Part shown: one piece after another, positions 11,408 through 23,918 of the stretch
How the letters are laid out: each line of letters starts with the position of its first letter
Numbering within the stretch: position 1 is the stretch's first letter
Source of the DNA: Mytilus californianus
Taxonomy: Eukaryota
Direction: 5' to 3'
Length of the DNA stretch: 64,000 nt
Assembly (NCBI RefSeq): GCF_021869535.1
Contig: NW_026262615.1
Location: 28,396,001 to 28,460,000, forward strand
Program-made: the position numbers and the translations under genes
Notes under the pieces: model-generated
What the model saw: the letters and a program-made list of their open reading frames with translations, nothing else
Databases searched by the model: none
What the model was told of the DNA's origin: nothing

Positions 11408-12196
11408 TGTATGTTATACATTGTGTATAATTATACTCTGTATACTCTGTATGTACTATATATATATTTATCATATACTTATAGCTAATAACATATAATT
11501 TTTACAGTATGATAACAGCATTGAATTTACATGAATTCCATATTTTTTCGAAATGGTGTTTAGCGGGCTGATATGAAAAATTTATCACATGGTTCGATTA
11601 TTATCACATGCCTTTTCGTAACGTTATCGCATGGCATTCCGGTGATACTCGGCAAATTCCGGAAAATACACCTCAATAGTACGTTTAAAGGCGAAGTATA
11701 CGTAACTGTACGCCTCTAGCGGAATTCGGGACACAATACGTGCGTCGTTAGTTACGCAAGTTATCTCCCCTACTCCAAGAACGGGAAATGGCACATGAAA
11801 GAGAAATCATCATTTTTAATGACTTTGTGCGGTCTATCATGAACCAAAACAAGTATTCCTGTGCTATGACAAAATTTCAAAGAAATTAGCTGACTCCAAT
11901 CAGAAATCTTAGTATCCTTAGACCTATTGTGTGTTAGTCTGCAACTGTTTTTGTTTTAGCCTCACGCAGGAACTGACCGTAGTACATAACGTCATAAGTC
12001 ATAATACCGCCTATATTTATTTCAACAAAAATTAAAAAAAATAAAACAAGTGACAATTCTGCTTCTAGTCGTATCATACTCGTTAAAATCAATCCAGAAT
12101 TGACCCCACAATATTATTTGAATGAAATTCACAGTGTCATTGTAGCGTAATCTTGAAGGTAACGAATAATTACCGGTAAATCGCATGTAAATATGT

Positions 12197-14891
12197 ATGT
12201 TGAAAACGAATGTTGAAAGTTGAAAATCGAATGTTGAAAACGAATGATGAATGTTGAAAACGAATGTTGAATGTTGAAAACGAATGTTGAATGTTGAAAA
12301 CGGATGTTGAAAATTGAAAATCGAATGTTGAAAACGAATGTTGAATGTTGAAAACGAATGTTGAATGTTGAAAACGAATGTTGAATAATGCAAATAGAAT
12401 GTTGAAAACTAATGTTGAATGTTGAAAACAAATGTTAAAAGTTGAAAATCGAATGTTGAAAACGAATGTTGAATATTGAAAATCGAATGTTGAAAACGAA
12501 TGTTGAATGTTGAAAACGAATGTTGAATGTTGAAAACGAATGTTGAATGTCGAAAACGAATGTTGAATGTTGAAAATAGAATGTTGAAAACTAATGTTGA
12601 AAGTTGAAAATTGAATGTTGAAAACGTATGTGGAATGTGGAAAACGAATGTTGAATGTTGAAAACGAATGTTGAATGTTGAAAACGAATGTTGAATGTTG
12701 AAAACGAATGTTGAATGTTGAAAACGAATGTTGAAAGTTGAAAATCGAATGTTGAAAACGAATGCTGAATGTTGAAAACGGATGTTGAATGTTGAAAACG
12801 AATGAATGTTAAAAACGAATGCCGAATTTTGAAAATCGAATGTTGAAAACGAATGTTGAATGTTGAAAACGAATGTTGAATGTTAAAACGAATGTTGAAT
12901 GTTGAAAACGAATGTTGAATGTTAAAACGAATGTTGAATGTTGAAAACGAATTTTGAAAGTTAAAAATCGAATGTTGAAAACGAATGTTGAATGTTGAAA
13001 ACGAATGTTGAATGTTGAAAACGAATGTTGAAAGTTGAAAATCGAATGTTGAAAACGAATGTTGAATGTTTAAAAAGAATGTTGAATGTTGAAAACGAAT
13101 GTTGAATGTTCAAAACGAATGTTGAATGTTGAATGTTGAAAACGAATGTTGAATATTGAAAATCGAATGTTGAAAACGAATGTTGAATGTTGAAAACGAA
13201 TGTTGAAAGTTGAACATCGAATGTTGAAAACGAATGTTGAATGTTGAAAACGAATATTTAATGTTGAAAACGAATGTTGAGTGATGAAAACGAATGCTGA
13301 ATTTTGAAAATCGAATGTTCAAAACGAATGTTGAATGTTCAAAACGATTGTTGACTGTTGAAAACGAATATTTAATGTTGAAAACGAATGTTGAGTGATG
13401 AAAACGAATGCTGAATTTTGAAAATCGAATGTTCAAAACGAATGTTGAATGTTCAAAACGAATGTTGAATGTTCAAAACGAATGTTGAATGTTGAAAACG
13501 AATGTTGAAAGTTGAAAATCGAATGTAGAAAACGAATGTTGAATGTTGAAAACGAATGTTGAATGTTGAAAACGAATGTTGAATGTTGAAAACGAATGCT
13601 GAACTTTGAAAATCGAATGTTCAAAACGAATGTTGAATGTTGAAACCGAATGTTGAATGTTGAAAATCGAATGTTCAAAACGAATGTTAAATGTTGAAAA
13701 CGAATGTTGAATGTTGAAAACGAATGTTGAATGTTGAAAACGAATGTTGAATATTGAAAACGAATGTTGAAAACGAATATTGAAAACGAATGTTGAATGT
13801 TGAAAACGAATGTTGAATATTGAAAATCGAATGTTGAAAACGAATGTTGAATGTTGAAAACGAATGTTGAATGTTGAAAACGAATGTTGAAAGTTGAAAA
13901 TCGAATGTTGAAAACGAATGTTGAATGTTGAAAACGAATGTTGAATGTTGAAAACGAATGTTGAATATTGATAATCGAATGTTGAAAACGAATGTAGAAT
14001 GTTGAAAACGAATGTTGAATGTTGAAAACGAATGTTGAAAGTTAAAAATCGAATGTTGAAAATGAATGTTGAATGTTGAAAACGAATGTTGAATGTTGAA
14101 AACGAATGTTGAATATTGATAATCGAATGTTGAAAACGTATGTTGAATGTTGAAAACGAATGTTGAATGTTGAAAACCAATGTTGAAAGTTAAAAATCGA
14201 ATGTTGAAAATGAATGTTGAATGTTGAAAACCAATGTTGAATGTTAAAAACGAATGTTGAATGTTGAAAACGAATGTTGAAAGTTGAAAATCGAATGTTG
14301 AAAACGAATGTTGAATGTTGAAAACGAATGATGAATGTTGGAAACGAATGTTGAAAGTTGAAAATCGAATGTTGAAAACGAATGTTGAAAACGAATGTTG
14401 AATGTTTAACAAGAAGGTTGAATGTTGAAAACGAATGTTGAATGTTGAAAATGAATGTTGAATGTTCAAAACGAATGTTGAATGTTGAATGTTGAAAACG
14501 AATGTTGAATATTGAAAATCGAATGTTGAAAACGAATGTTGAATATTGAAAATCGAATTTTGAAAACGAATGTTGAATGTTGAAAACGAATATTGAATAT
14601 TGAAAATCGAATGTTGAAAACGAATGTTGAAAACGAATGTTGAATGTTGAAAACGAATGTTGAATATTGAAAATCGAATGTTGAAAACGAATGTTGAATG
14701 TTGAAAACGAACGTTGAAAGTTGAAAATCGAAAACGAATGTTGAATGTTGAAAATGAATGTTGAATGTTGAAATCGAATGTTCGAATGTTGAATGTTGAA
14801 AATGAATGACCCCCCCCCCCCCCCCTTAAAAAAAAGAAAAAAAAAAAAAAAAAAAAATTGAATGTTGAATGTTGAATATTGAATATTGAAT
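12197..14891 (-). repeat. Same minisatellite in inverted orientation, right arm (~2.7 kb)
   Basis: GAATGTTGAATGTTGAAAAC units are the reverse complement of the left arm; poly-C/poly-A block at 14810-14857. Confidence 0.97.
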
Positions 14892-16059
14892 CAACTTGAC
14901 ATCCGTCATTTATTATACACTTACTGAAGGATTTTAAAAATCCTACTTTAAATCCTTTGCTTACTGCACCAAATTCATATATGATCATATATAATTTGTT
15001 TTACTTCATCCCTAAAATTAGTCGCCTGTATTAAATATATAGGTGCATGAAGGTTCCATATTTAAGCTGCAAACTCCTGAAAAATGAATATTAAGTAGAA
15101 TGTGGCTTAATATGTTCAATATCTGGTTTCTGTCTTCTACTCCTCTGTAGTATTGTGTGTCTGTAATATAACTGATTCAATATTGTCAGTCTGCTTTATT
15201 TCAGGTTAAATAAACATTCCAAGTCTCAGTAAAGCATCAAAAACTATATGGTGTGCACAGTCACGGTCAAACAGAAACCAAAGAAACAGCTCACTGCATA
15301 GAGCTTTAAACAAAACAAGCTCTATGTAAAGTAGCAATATTGAATGCTTTTAAATTCTTTAAAGGGTTTATAATACAAAGTTGAGTAAGAAGAATTCTAA
15401 TGAAGGTAAATCCTGAACAGAGCACGAAATTTATTAAAAGTGTTATTTTCATTTAGGTGAAAAATGAAATCCTTGTTACCCTAGTTAAGGGAAGAAGGTC
15501 CATTTAGGGAGAAGTCTATAAATGAGAATAAAAAATTTAAGTAATTAAAAATGTGCCTGAAAAATCTTTCTGATCTATACTACTTCATAAAAGTTTATTT
15601 TATTTGTATCGCACTTTGATCCTCAATAAGCATCGAGAATATAATGATTTCATGGTTCGGCGTACAGCATATATAGGTAATCACGTCAAATACTATCATT
15701 GGTATATGGTAAAGAGAATTAGCAGTAAGGTATAGTGAAAATACAAGTTTTTGATCCAAAGCTGCATTGATATAGATACCTTTAGCTATGATTATGAAGA
15801 TTACTTTAAAAATGGACCATAAAACTCATTAAAGATACAAGGCAACTGACCCATGTTGTTTAATAATATTACATTGGAAAATGCAAATTTATAAATTGAT
15901 AAATAGACTGTTAGGAATTAACCTGTTTAAACCCATTTCTCTGACGTCAGTCTATTGTTCTTACGGCAGATTATTTTTCAAGAATCCACTGACCACTTCG
16001 TTAACCTAAGATAACTTATTTTATAACTTTAAACTTTTAACTTACGATTTTTTATCCTT

Positions 16060-16165
16060 TCAAAAACGAGAGGCATATGAAGGGTTCGAACTCGCGCGTA
16101 TTTTCTTCATATTCAGTAGAGTCTTCAGTCTATGCATGATACCACTATACCACGAGTACTGACAT
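16060..16165 (-). other. tRNA-like Pol III promoter fragment
   Basis: Minus strand TGGTATAGTGG (A-box-like) and GAGTTCGAACCC (B-box). Confidence 0.4.
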
Positions 16166-17459
16166 AAATCAATATTTAAATAACTCTTAAAGCGCACAAC
16201 TGTCAATACATGTCAATAAACTGTATTTCTATCTCAGAGATAATTCGCTTTTGTTATCTAATAAAATATATATACTATGTCTGGATTTGTTCATGTTCTT
16301 TTCAAATTTATGTAAATTGTTTTATGCGTTATTTTTTAAGGAAGATTATGTTCTACATTTGAACGTTCTTGAGTATAGTTATATAGCAGTATGGAAATAT
16401 CTTAAAAAAGAGTTTATTCACGATGTCAGGTTTGAACATTGGTCGATTTTCAACATCGTTATAATGAACCGATGGGTCTTTATACGATTGTGGCTATTAC
16501 ACACTAGTTCTAAACACTAGAGAATCGAGGAATTGTATATATTAGTACAGTTCCTTGATAAAATAAACAACCATATGCCAATTACATATGTCACTTTTAA
16601 CGTACAAAGACTTTTCCTTTTTATCATAGCAAATGCTTACTTAAGGTTTTAGTCTTATAATGATATCGAACTATCAATATTTTCTTCTTTGTTTGATTAT
16701 AAATGGTCCAAATGTACATCACGTCAACATTGAACGTACTCTAATTTGAATAAAGTGTGATATATAAGCTACGACCGTAAAAGTACTTCCTTGACTGTAA
16801 AACCAGAAACAAAATCATCGCCTTAAAACGAATATGAAGTATATAATACCTCTAAGATTAAAACAATATTTTTTGTCGAGAAAAAAATTGCAATGAAAAA
16901 TTTCAATTCGGATACAAGGTTTGAACAAGTTAGCACTGCTAATATCACAATTGTGTCTTTTGGTACCAACGACTAGACGATCACGGCTATGAACAGCTTG
17001 AATGTAATAGTAAAAAATTGACATAATTATACATTGTACATCTGTAGCATGAGCTATTCTGCTGGAGATTCAGAATGCGTACCACAGAAAATTATAGTTT
17101 ATTGACTGGTTTACGATGGATGCCAACTGTAATAACGTTAAAATAATCTAAACTTAATGAAAGGGAAACAGTTTAAACAAAATACATGTATAATTTTCAA
17201 AAAAGACCTTCAGCAATTATTTTATTTATTTCGGAAAGCATCATTTACTGGAGCATCATAAAATTGTAGTATTATGGCAACTACGCTAAATATATGTATT
17301 TGACTTAATACGGTTAAATTACAGGTAATCCTTAATCAGCTGGAAAGAATCATAGATTGCTAAATACTATATATGTAAATTTGAAAGGTTTCTAAATTTT
17401 GGTAATTAGATTTTTTTAACTATTCAAAAAAAGATTAAAAAATTCTGTATATTTACATA

Positions 17460-18847
17460 TGTCTTTTGCAACATGCATTGGCAGTTTTTGAGCAATATTG
17501 TAATGAATGGAAACTCACAGTTAATACAAGTAATACTAAAATTGTAATTTTCAGTAAAAAGAAATACAAGGTTAAATCAGAATTTAAAATTTATGGTAAA
17601 AATATTGATGTCTTAGACTCATATACTTATCTGGGTATTGTATTTAATTATAATGGCTCTTTTTGTTCAGCTAGAAAAAAATTATTGGAACAGTCCAATA
17701 AAGCATTGTATGCACTATATAGAAAGATAAGAAATATTGCAATTCCCGTAGATATACAGCTAAAGTTATTTGATTGTCTTATTCTACCTATAATGATTTA
17801 CTCTAGTGAAGTATGGGGATTTGAAAATAAACAGGGACTGGAACGGATGCACTTGCAGTTTTGTAAAAATATTCTGCACGTGAGAAAAAGTACTCCAAAT
17901 TTTATGGTTTACGAGGAACTTGGTCGTTATCCCATTGCTATTACTATTAAACTACGCATGGTTATGTTTTGGAATGATATGCTCTCAAATGAGAATAAAT
18001 TATCTAATATTTTATATAGACTTATGTTACAACTTCACCAGAGTAAACCCAAACATTTTAAATGGGTTGCGTACATCAAATCCATTCTTGATGAAAGTGG
18101 TTTTACTTTTATATGGAATGATCAGATACCTATGAATAGAGAAATGTTGAAATCTCTTGTCAAACAAAAACTTGTGGATCAGTTTATACAACAATGGTTT
18201 TCTGTTATTAATAATTCTTCAAGAGGAGAATTCTATGGTAAATTCAAAAATGTATTTGAATTAGAACCCTATCTACTACGATTGGGAAATACTGATATAT
18301 TGTATATGGCTAAATTTAGATGCTCAAATCTTAAATTCCCAATTAAAACGGGAAGATGGAAAAATATTTTAAAAGAAAATAGGATATGTCATCTATGTAA
18401 TCAAAATATTGGCGACGAATATCATTATATGAGTGTTTGTTCACATCCTAGTGTGTCACTTCTTAGACAAAATCTCGTACCTAATTATTACTTACAATAT
18501 CCTTCAAGGCAAAAATTAATCGGTTTACTTTCATTGTGCAACATAAAGGTGTATAGGAAAGTATGTACTTTTCTTAGAAAGATTACTTATTTGTTGTAGA
18601 TACAATTTTTATACATTATATATATATTTAGGTACTCACAATCACTGAATAAATAGGAAGATATCTGTACAAATGTAATCCTTTAAACTTAATAGGTAAT
18701 ATATATATATATATATCTCAATGTCATGAAAATCACGTGCTATTATATATTACTCTGCTGTCGATTTATGTGTATACTTTATCATTTTTTGACCTCTTGT
18801 ACACGTTTGTGTCTGAGGAAATAAAATATTTTGTCTTTTGTCTTTTG
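17460..18847 (+). mobile_element. 5'-truncated non-LTR retrotransposon (CR1/L2 superclade); ORF 17466-18599 encodes the end of RT, thumb and a C-terminal C-x2-C..H..C module
   Basis: WKLTVNTSNTKIVIF, YLGIVF, IYSSEVWG, TGRW..RICHLC..GDEYHY..C; AATAAA then (TGTCTTT)n tail. Confidence 0.88.
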
Positions 18848-19140
18848 AATAAATCAAAAATACCAAAATCTATATAATTTAAATACTTTGTAATGATAAA
18901 ACATTAAATGAAATATAAATATACAAGTAATAAATCTGGTAATAAAAAGGGGAGCTAACAACCCATTTAAGTTATATCAAACTTATGTTAACATAAATAT
19001 AGACGTGAACCGTGTGGATATAATCATTTCCAGCTATTATTGAATAAAAAAGACAAAATACGAAATCATTTTTATGAAATTCCGTTGATTCATTGTCAAA
19101 ACATAAAACAGACAGTCTTTTTACTAGAAATGGGTTAAGC

Positions 19141-19246
19141 TAGAGAATTGATAAGAAGTAGTGGATTCGTAAACGATAATCAACTTGCGACTAAAGTCGC
19201 TCGTTGATTATCGTTTACGAATCCACTACTTCTTATCAATTCTCTA
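19141..19246. mobile_element. 106-bp near-perfect palindrome, probably an internally deleted MITE with TA duplication
   Basis: 19141-19184 is the exact reverse complement of 19203-19246; inner GCGACT-AA-AGTCGC stem. Confidence 0.8.
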
Positions 19247-19514
19247 CTACATAATCTCTGGTCACGACAAATCAGACCTGGATTAAATAGCAAATAAACA
19301 TAATAACCACAACCATACAGAATGATCAAACTGAAATCATATGAAAATATGAGAAGGACTCAGATGATCTAAATAAATATATATAAATAATTGTATAAAT
19401 GATGGGGTATATGACCAAAAGGTACTTACACATGATGACCAAATCGAACTGAAACCTTAGTTTCTTGGTAATTTCTTAATTTATCAATAATGAAATAAAG
19501 AAAGAACGTTGTGT

Positions 19515-19700
19515 TATTAACCATGTCAACATCCGAAGCACTGGCAATTGAGCTGAGGATACCGTCGGGTACTAGTAGTGGTATCGATCCAGTGCTAAAA
19601 ATGAAGATATTAACACTTTTTTTAAATCTGGCATGTCCGAAGCGCTTTTCTCGACTTTTTTTTCCTTCGGGAATGCTCAAACCCAAATTTTAAAAATGAT
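19515..19700 (-). repeat. Diverged relative of the hammerhead-element family (core degenerate)
   Basis: TTTGAGCATTCCCGAAG...AGAAAAGCGCTTCGGAC, followed by a GATACC/GGTATC helix and a TTCG-loop hairpin as at 49280-49345. Confidence 0.45.
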
Positions 19701-19884
19701 AACATGTTTAAAGTTAGGAAAAGGTCAATTCAAGAAAGATCCTATCATAACATCTGGCTGATGTTTTTTTGAATATGAATTTCATGTAATAATCAACATG
19801 GTCATAATAAAGACAATGAAAGTTTTGAAAAAAGTAGGAAGAAAAAAAATGATAATCTCGACCAAAGGCCATAAGTTGAATAAA

Positions 19885-20019
19885 ACTCCGACAACACTAA
19901 CTAAAGGCAAAACTCCGACAACACTAACTAAAGGCAAAACTCCGACAACACTAACTAAAGGAAAAACTCCGACCACGCTAACTAAAGGAAAAACTCCGAC
20001 CACACTAACTAAAGGCAAA
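19885..20019. repeat. 27-bp minisatellite, 5 copies
   Basis: Unit ACTCCGAC(A/C)AC(A/G)CTAACTAAAGG(C/A)AAA. Confidence 0.95.
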
Positions 20020-20329
20020 AAATAAAAGTGACAAAAAGACAAACAACAGTCATCAAAACACTACACAGAACATGCAGAAAACGAAAGCTGTTAAAACCGG
20101 TGTGATCTATACTGCTTCAATAAGGTCAGTAGTCCCTGCTTCAATGGGCATCCGCATGGGGTTTTTGATTATGTGATTACTTGTCCGTTTTTATATTGAT
20201 TATTTGATTACAAGACCAAATATTTCATGATTATTTGATTATTTGATAATCTAAGACTTTATTTTTGATTATTTGATTATCTTGATTAAAAAAATAATTA
20301 ATGATTATGTGATTATATTGGCATGAGGG

Positions 20330-20520
20330 GCCTCTTCAATAGTGACATTCGTCGGGTTACTCTTGGTAAAATACATTAACAGCGGAGTTATAGCTATTGG
20401 TCAACCATATGCAAATCATGGTGGCGTCCGTAAAGCTGTCAACTCGACATATTGGATGACTTGTATGGAGCAATCCTCTTTCAATGAAATTATGCATGTT
20501 GGAAATTTTAAACGACAATT
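20330..20520 (-). mobile_element. Degenerate Penelope-like RT C-terminal fragment
   Basis: Minus-strand pieces NFIERGLL and YGRHHDL resemble the thumb end of bivalve PLE RTs (from memory). Confidence 0.45.
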
Positions 20521-20584
20521 TCCAAGCAAAATTGTGGTTTAAACCAGAGAGAAATAAACAAATACATTATTATGTATTTTATTT

Positions 20585-23165
20585 TGTCAAAGGATTATAA
20601 TGTTTTCCGTAAGGACAGATTAACACGTCCTGGAGGAGGAGTATTCATATTAACATCAAACCATCTTGCTCGGAACCAGAAGAACTAAAAATAAATGACA
20701 GCTGTGAACTCCTATGGATACAAATAAAAATAACAAGCACTAACAACCTTTATGTTGGATCATTCTACCGACCTCCTGATGCAGATGACACTGAATACCT
20801 TGCTCATATCCACACTAGCCTGTCGAGAATACCAGAAATATCACATGTATGGCTTGTGGGCGACTTTAATCTAGGCGACATTTACTGGGAAGATGAAAGC
20901 GTAAAACAATATGCAGCAAAATAAGGCCCATCACATCAACTACTTAACATCAGTAAAGATCACTTCCTGAATCAGGTCGTCATGGAACCCACAAGAATGA
21001 CAGAAACATGTGAGAACAAACTCGATTTATTTTTCACCAATAACAGTTCATTAAGAGAGAAGTATACACATACAAAAAAGGAGACTTTGGTGCGATAAAA
21101 ACTGCATTTAAAAACATTGAGAGGGAGTTCATAGAACTTGAAGTAAATAACCAACCAGTGAAAAAAGTCTGGACAAAATTCAAAACAAGTTTTATAAAAC
21201 TAATGGAGAAGCATACACAAAAAAAGACAATAAGAGGTAACAAGACCAGAAAACCATGGATAGATTAAAAAGTTAAAGCCGGAATAAGAAGGAGAAAGAA
21301 ATTATACAACCGAATGCAGAAAACGAGACAAGCATCTGATTTAAGAAAATACAAAGAGAGCAAAAAAATGGTACAAAAGACAGAGCGTAACTTCTAATGG
21401 AACTACATAAATAACATCATAGAAGTATGAGATGAACACCAGGACCAACCCAGCAAACAGAAACGCGTTTGGGGTTATATCAAATCATTACAAAAGGACA
21501 ACACAGGGATCGCCCCTCTAAAAGACAACGGACGATTATTTAATACCGCAATAGACAAAGCTAACATCTTGAACAGACAGTAACAATCAGTCTTTACTAC
21601 GGAAGACAACAAGGACATACCAAAGCCAACAGGAAAACAATTCCCACCAAAGTCAGATATTAAAGTCACAACAGAAGTCGTTAGAAAGTTATTAAACAAA
21701 TGCAACCCGAGTAAAGCCTGCGGCCCTGGTAAAATACCAGCAAGAATTTTAAGGGAATGTGCTGACGACCTAGCAACCCTTTTATGCATTGTATTTAATG
21801 CTAGTCTTAGATCTGGCAAAGTACCAGAAGACTGGAAACAAGCAAACGTAACTGCAATATTTAAGAAAGGAAGCAGATATGATCCAACAACCATAGACCT
21901 GTGTCACTCACCTGTCTATGCTGTAAATTCCTAGAACACATCATTGTCAGCAACACCTTGAAACGTCTAGACAATCACAAAAAACTTACCAACTGCCAGC
22001 ATGGTTTCAGAGCAAGACGAAGCTGTGAAACTCGACTCATCACGTTTTCTCATGAGCTTGCATCAGCTCTAGACAGGAGAGCAGATTGATATGGTTTATA
22101 CTTTACTTTTCTACGGCCCTTGATCGTGTCCCACATAGACGCCTGCTAAACAAACTACAGCATTATGGAGTTACAGGACAAACACACAAGTGGATTCAAT
22201 CATTCCTAGCTAAACGTACCCAACAAGTCATCGTTGAGGGAGAATCCTCGGAGAAAGCTCCTGTGATTAGTGGAGTCCCCTAAGGGACTGTACTTGGACT
22301 GTTACTATTCTTCCTATTTATTAACGACTTACCTGACAACATAACATCCAACACACGACTATTTGCAGACGATTTTATAGTATACAGAACAATAACATCT
22401 GCTGATACCAAAATACTACACGAAGATCTCTACAAACTTGCAGAATGGGGAAAAACCTGGGCATGGACTTTCACCCACAGAAGTACAGTGTACAAACTAC
22501 CACCAGATAACGCTCACCAATAAAACACTCTTACACGCTTAAGGGACAAGTGCTGGAAGGATCAAGACGTACCAAGTACCTTGGAGTTGACATTAAATCA
22601 GACCGGCCTGTCCTGAAAACAACACATCGATAGAGTGACCAAAAAGCAAACATCATGCTAGGATTTCTAAAACACAACCTAAGAACATCTAACAGTGAAA
22701 CTAAGACAAACTCCTATGTTGCAATGGTCAGATCCAACTTAGACTACTGTGCAACAGTATGGAACCCATACCAAAGAGAGCAGGTGAAAAAGGGGCCCGC
22801 TCCAGTCATGCTTCAGTGATTCCCTATATAATCAACCAAATTTGTCCAACAAAACGGGGGGGGGGGGGTGGGCTTGGAAAACCCTCTAAATCCGCCTCTG
22901 GGTGAAATTACAACTAACATTACTGTACAAAGTGGTTAATGATTTTGTGGATATACCATGCGACACTTACCTAACACCAATGTCATTAAGAACAAGATCA
23001 TCACCTACCAAGAAGTTCCGGCAATATTCAACCAAGACTAGCTGAAGGCTTCAAACACAGTTTTTTCCAAGAACAGTGACCGTCTTGAACACTTTACCAG
23101 CAACAGTAGCTGAGGCTCCCTCCTTGGTATCCTTCAAGAGGGAGCTTTCAACGCTCTCTTTCTAG
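20585..23165 (+). mobile_element. Degraded CR1-type LINE ORF2 (APE endonuclease + RT), many stops and frameshifts
   Basis: VFRKDR..GGGVFIL, GSFYRPP, VGDFNL, RVPH.RLL.KL..YG, GVP*GTVLG, FADD at ~22361-22372. Confidence 0.9.
22790..22900. mobile_element. Partial MITE-like insert with a poly-G run inside the CR1 relic
   Basis: Interrupts the RT-thumb reading; ends CCCTCTAAATCCGCCTCTG; GGTGAAA at 22783 and 22901. Confidence 0.5.
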
Positions 23166-23837
23166 TCTGTTCAGTCCCTCATTTGCCAAGTAAGTCAAAT
23201 GATGGACTGGAGCTGTGCCGGCGGTGATTATTTCCCATGTACCGCCACGGAAGCCGGATTGGTTCAGGCAAGATGAACGAAAAGTAAATGGGTACCCCTT
23301 TTCTTTATTATTTTACTTTATTTTATTTTTTTTCCTATCATACCTGCATACTTTATACTAGTACTTGCTTTATATATTTTTGGTTTTATCTTATAAAATT
23401 ACTCTTTTTCTTGTGCCCACCGGAAGCGTTGAGAATTGGTCAAGATTGACAGTTCAACGTACAATGTAAATGGTGTTCCCTAAGTGCGTTTATTGGGTTT
23501 CTGATAGCATTTCAAAACTCCCGCCAAAATTGTTTTCGGAGTTCTTCTGTGAAAGAGGTACACATAGTCAAACAAAAATGTCAAGTTCATTTGAGGACTC
23601 TGTTGTTGTCTTATAAGATGATAATATGAATATTTCTTTTCAATTTTAACTGACAGTATTGTTCAAAGAGGTAACTTGCACACATGTATAACTAAAATCT
23701 TCATATAAGAAATTACTGTTCATTTTTGGAAGTGTCTGCACCCTGCAAACACGTACATATAATCACTCATTCACCGAATCAGCTGCTGATTTGATTGTTT
23801 TGTCCACACACATGTAATTGTATGACTTCTCAAAGAA

Positions 23838-23918
23838 TCCGGGTCCGTTCGCCATAGTACCTGTTCGCCCTGGGTCCGTTCGCCCTTATAATTGTTCGCC
23901 CTGGATCCTTTCGCTCTG
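23838..23918. repeat. Cluster of five GTTCGCCC-like motifs (subterminal repeats of a DNA element)
   Basis: CCGTTCGCC / TGTTCGCCC repeated at irregular spacing; no partner end seen. Confidence 0.5.

Noticed and set aside
12197-14891. GAAnnTTC heat-shock-element-like words in the array
   Set aside because: Only sporadic variants, not the three contiguous alternating pentamers needed
8236-14988. Long ORFs of FNIRFQHSTF repeats (up to 433 aa)
   Set aside because: They are translations of the minisatellite, whose CAACATT strand rarely makes stops; they appear in several frames and on both arms, with no coding signals
15297-15326. 10-bp inverted repeat CATAGAGCTT/AAGCTCTATG
   Set aside because: Short enough to be chance in AT-rich DNA; no associated feature
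19798-20042. ORFs with TPTTLTKGK / PLVSVVGV repeats
   Set aside because: A 27-bp VNTR inside a dispersed repeat, open on both strands only because the unit is a multiple of 3
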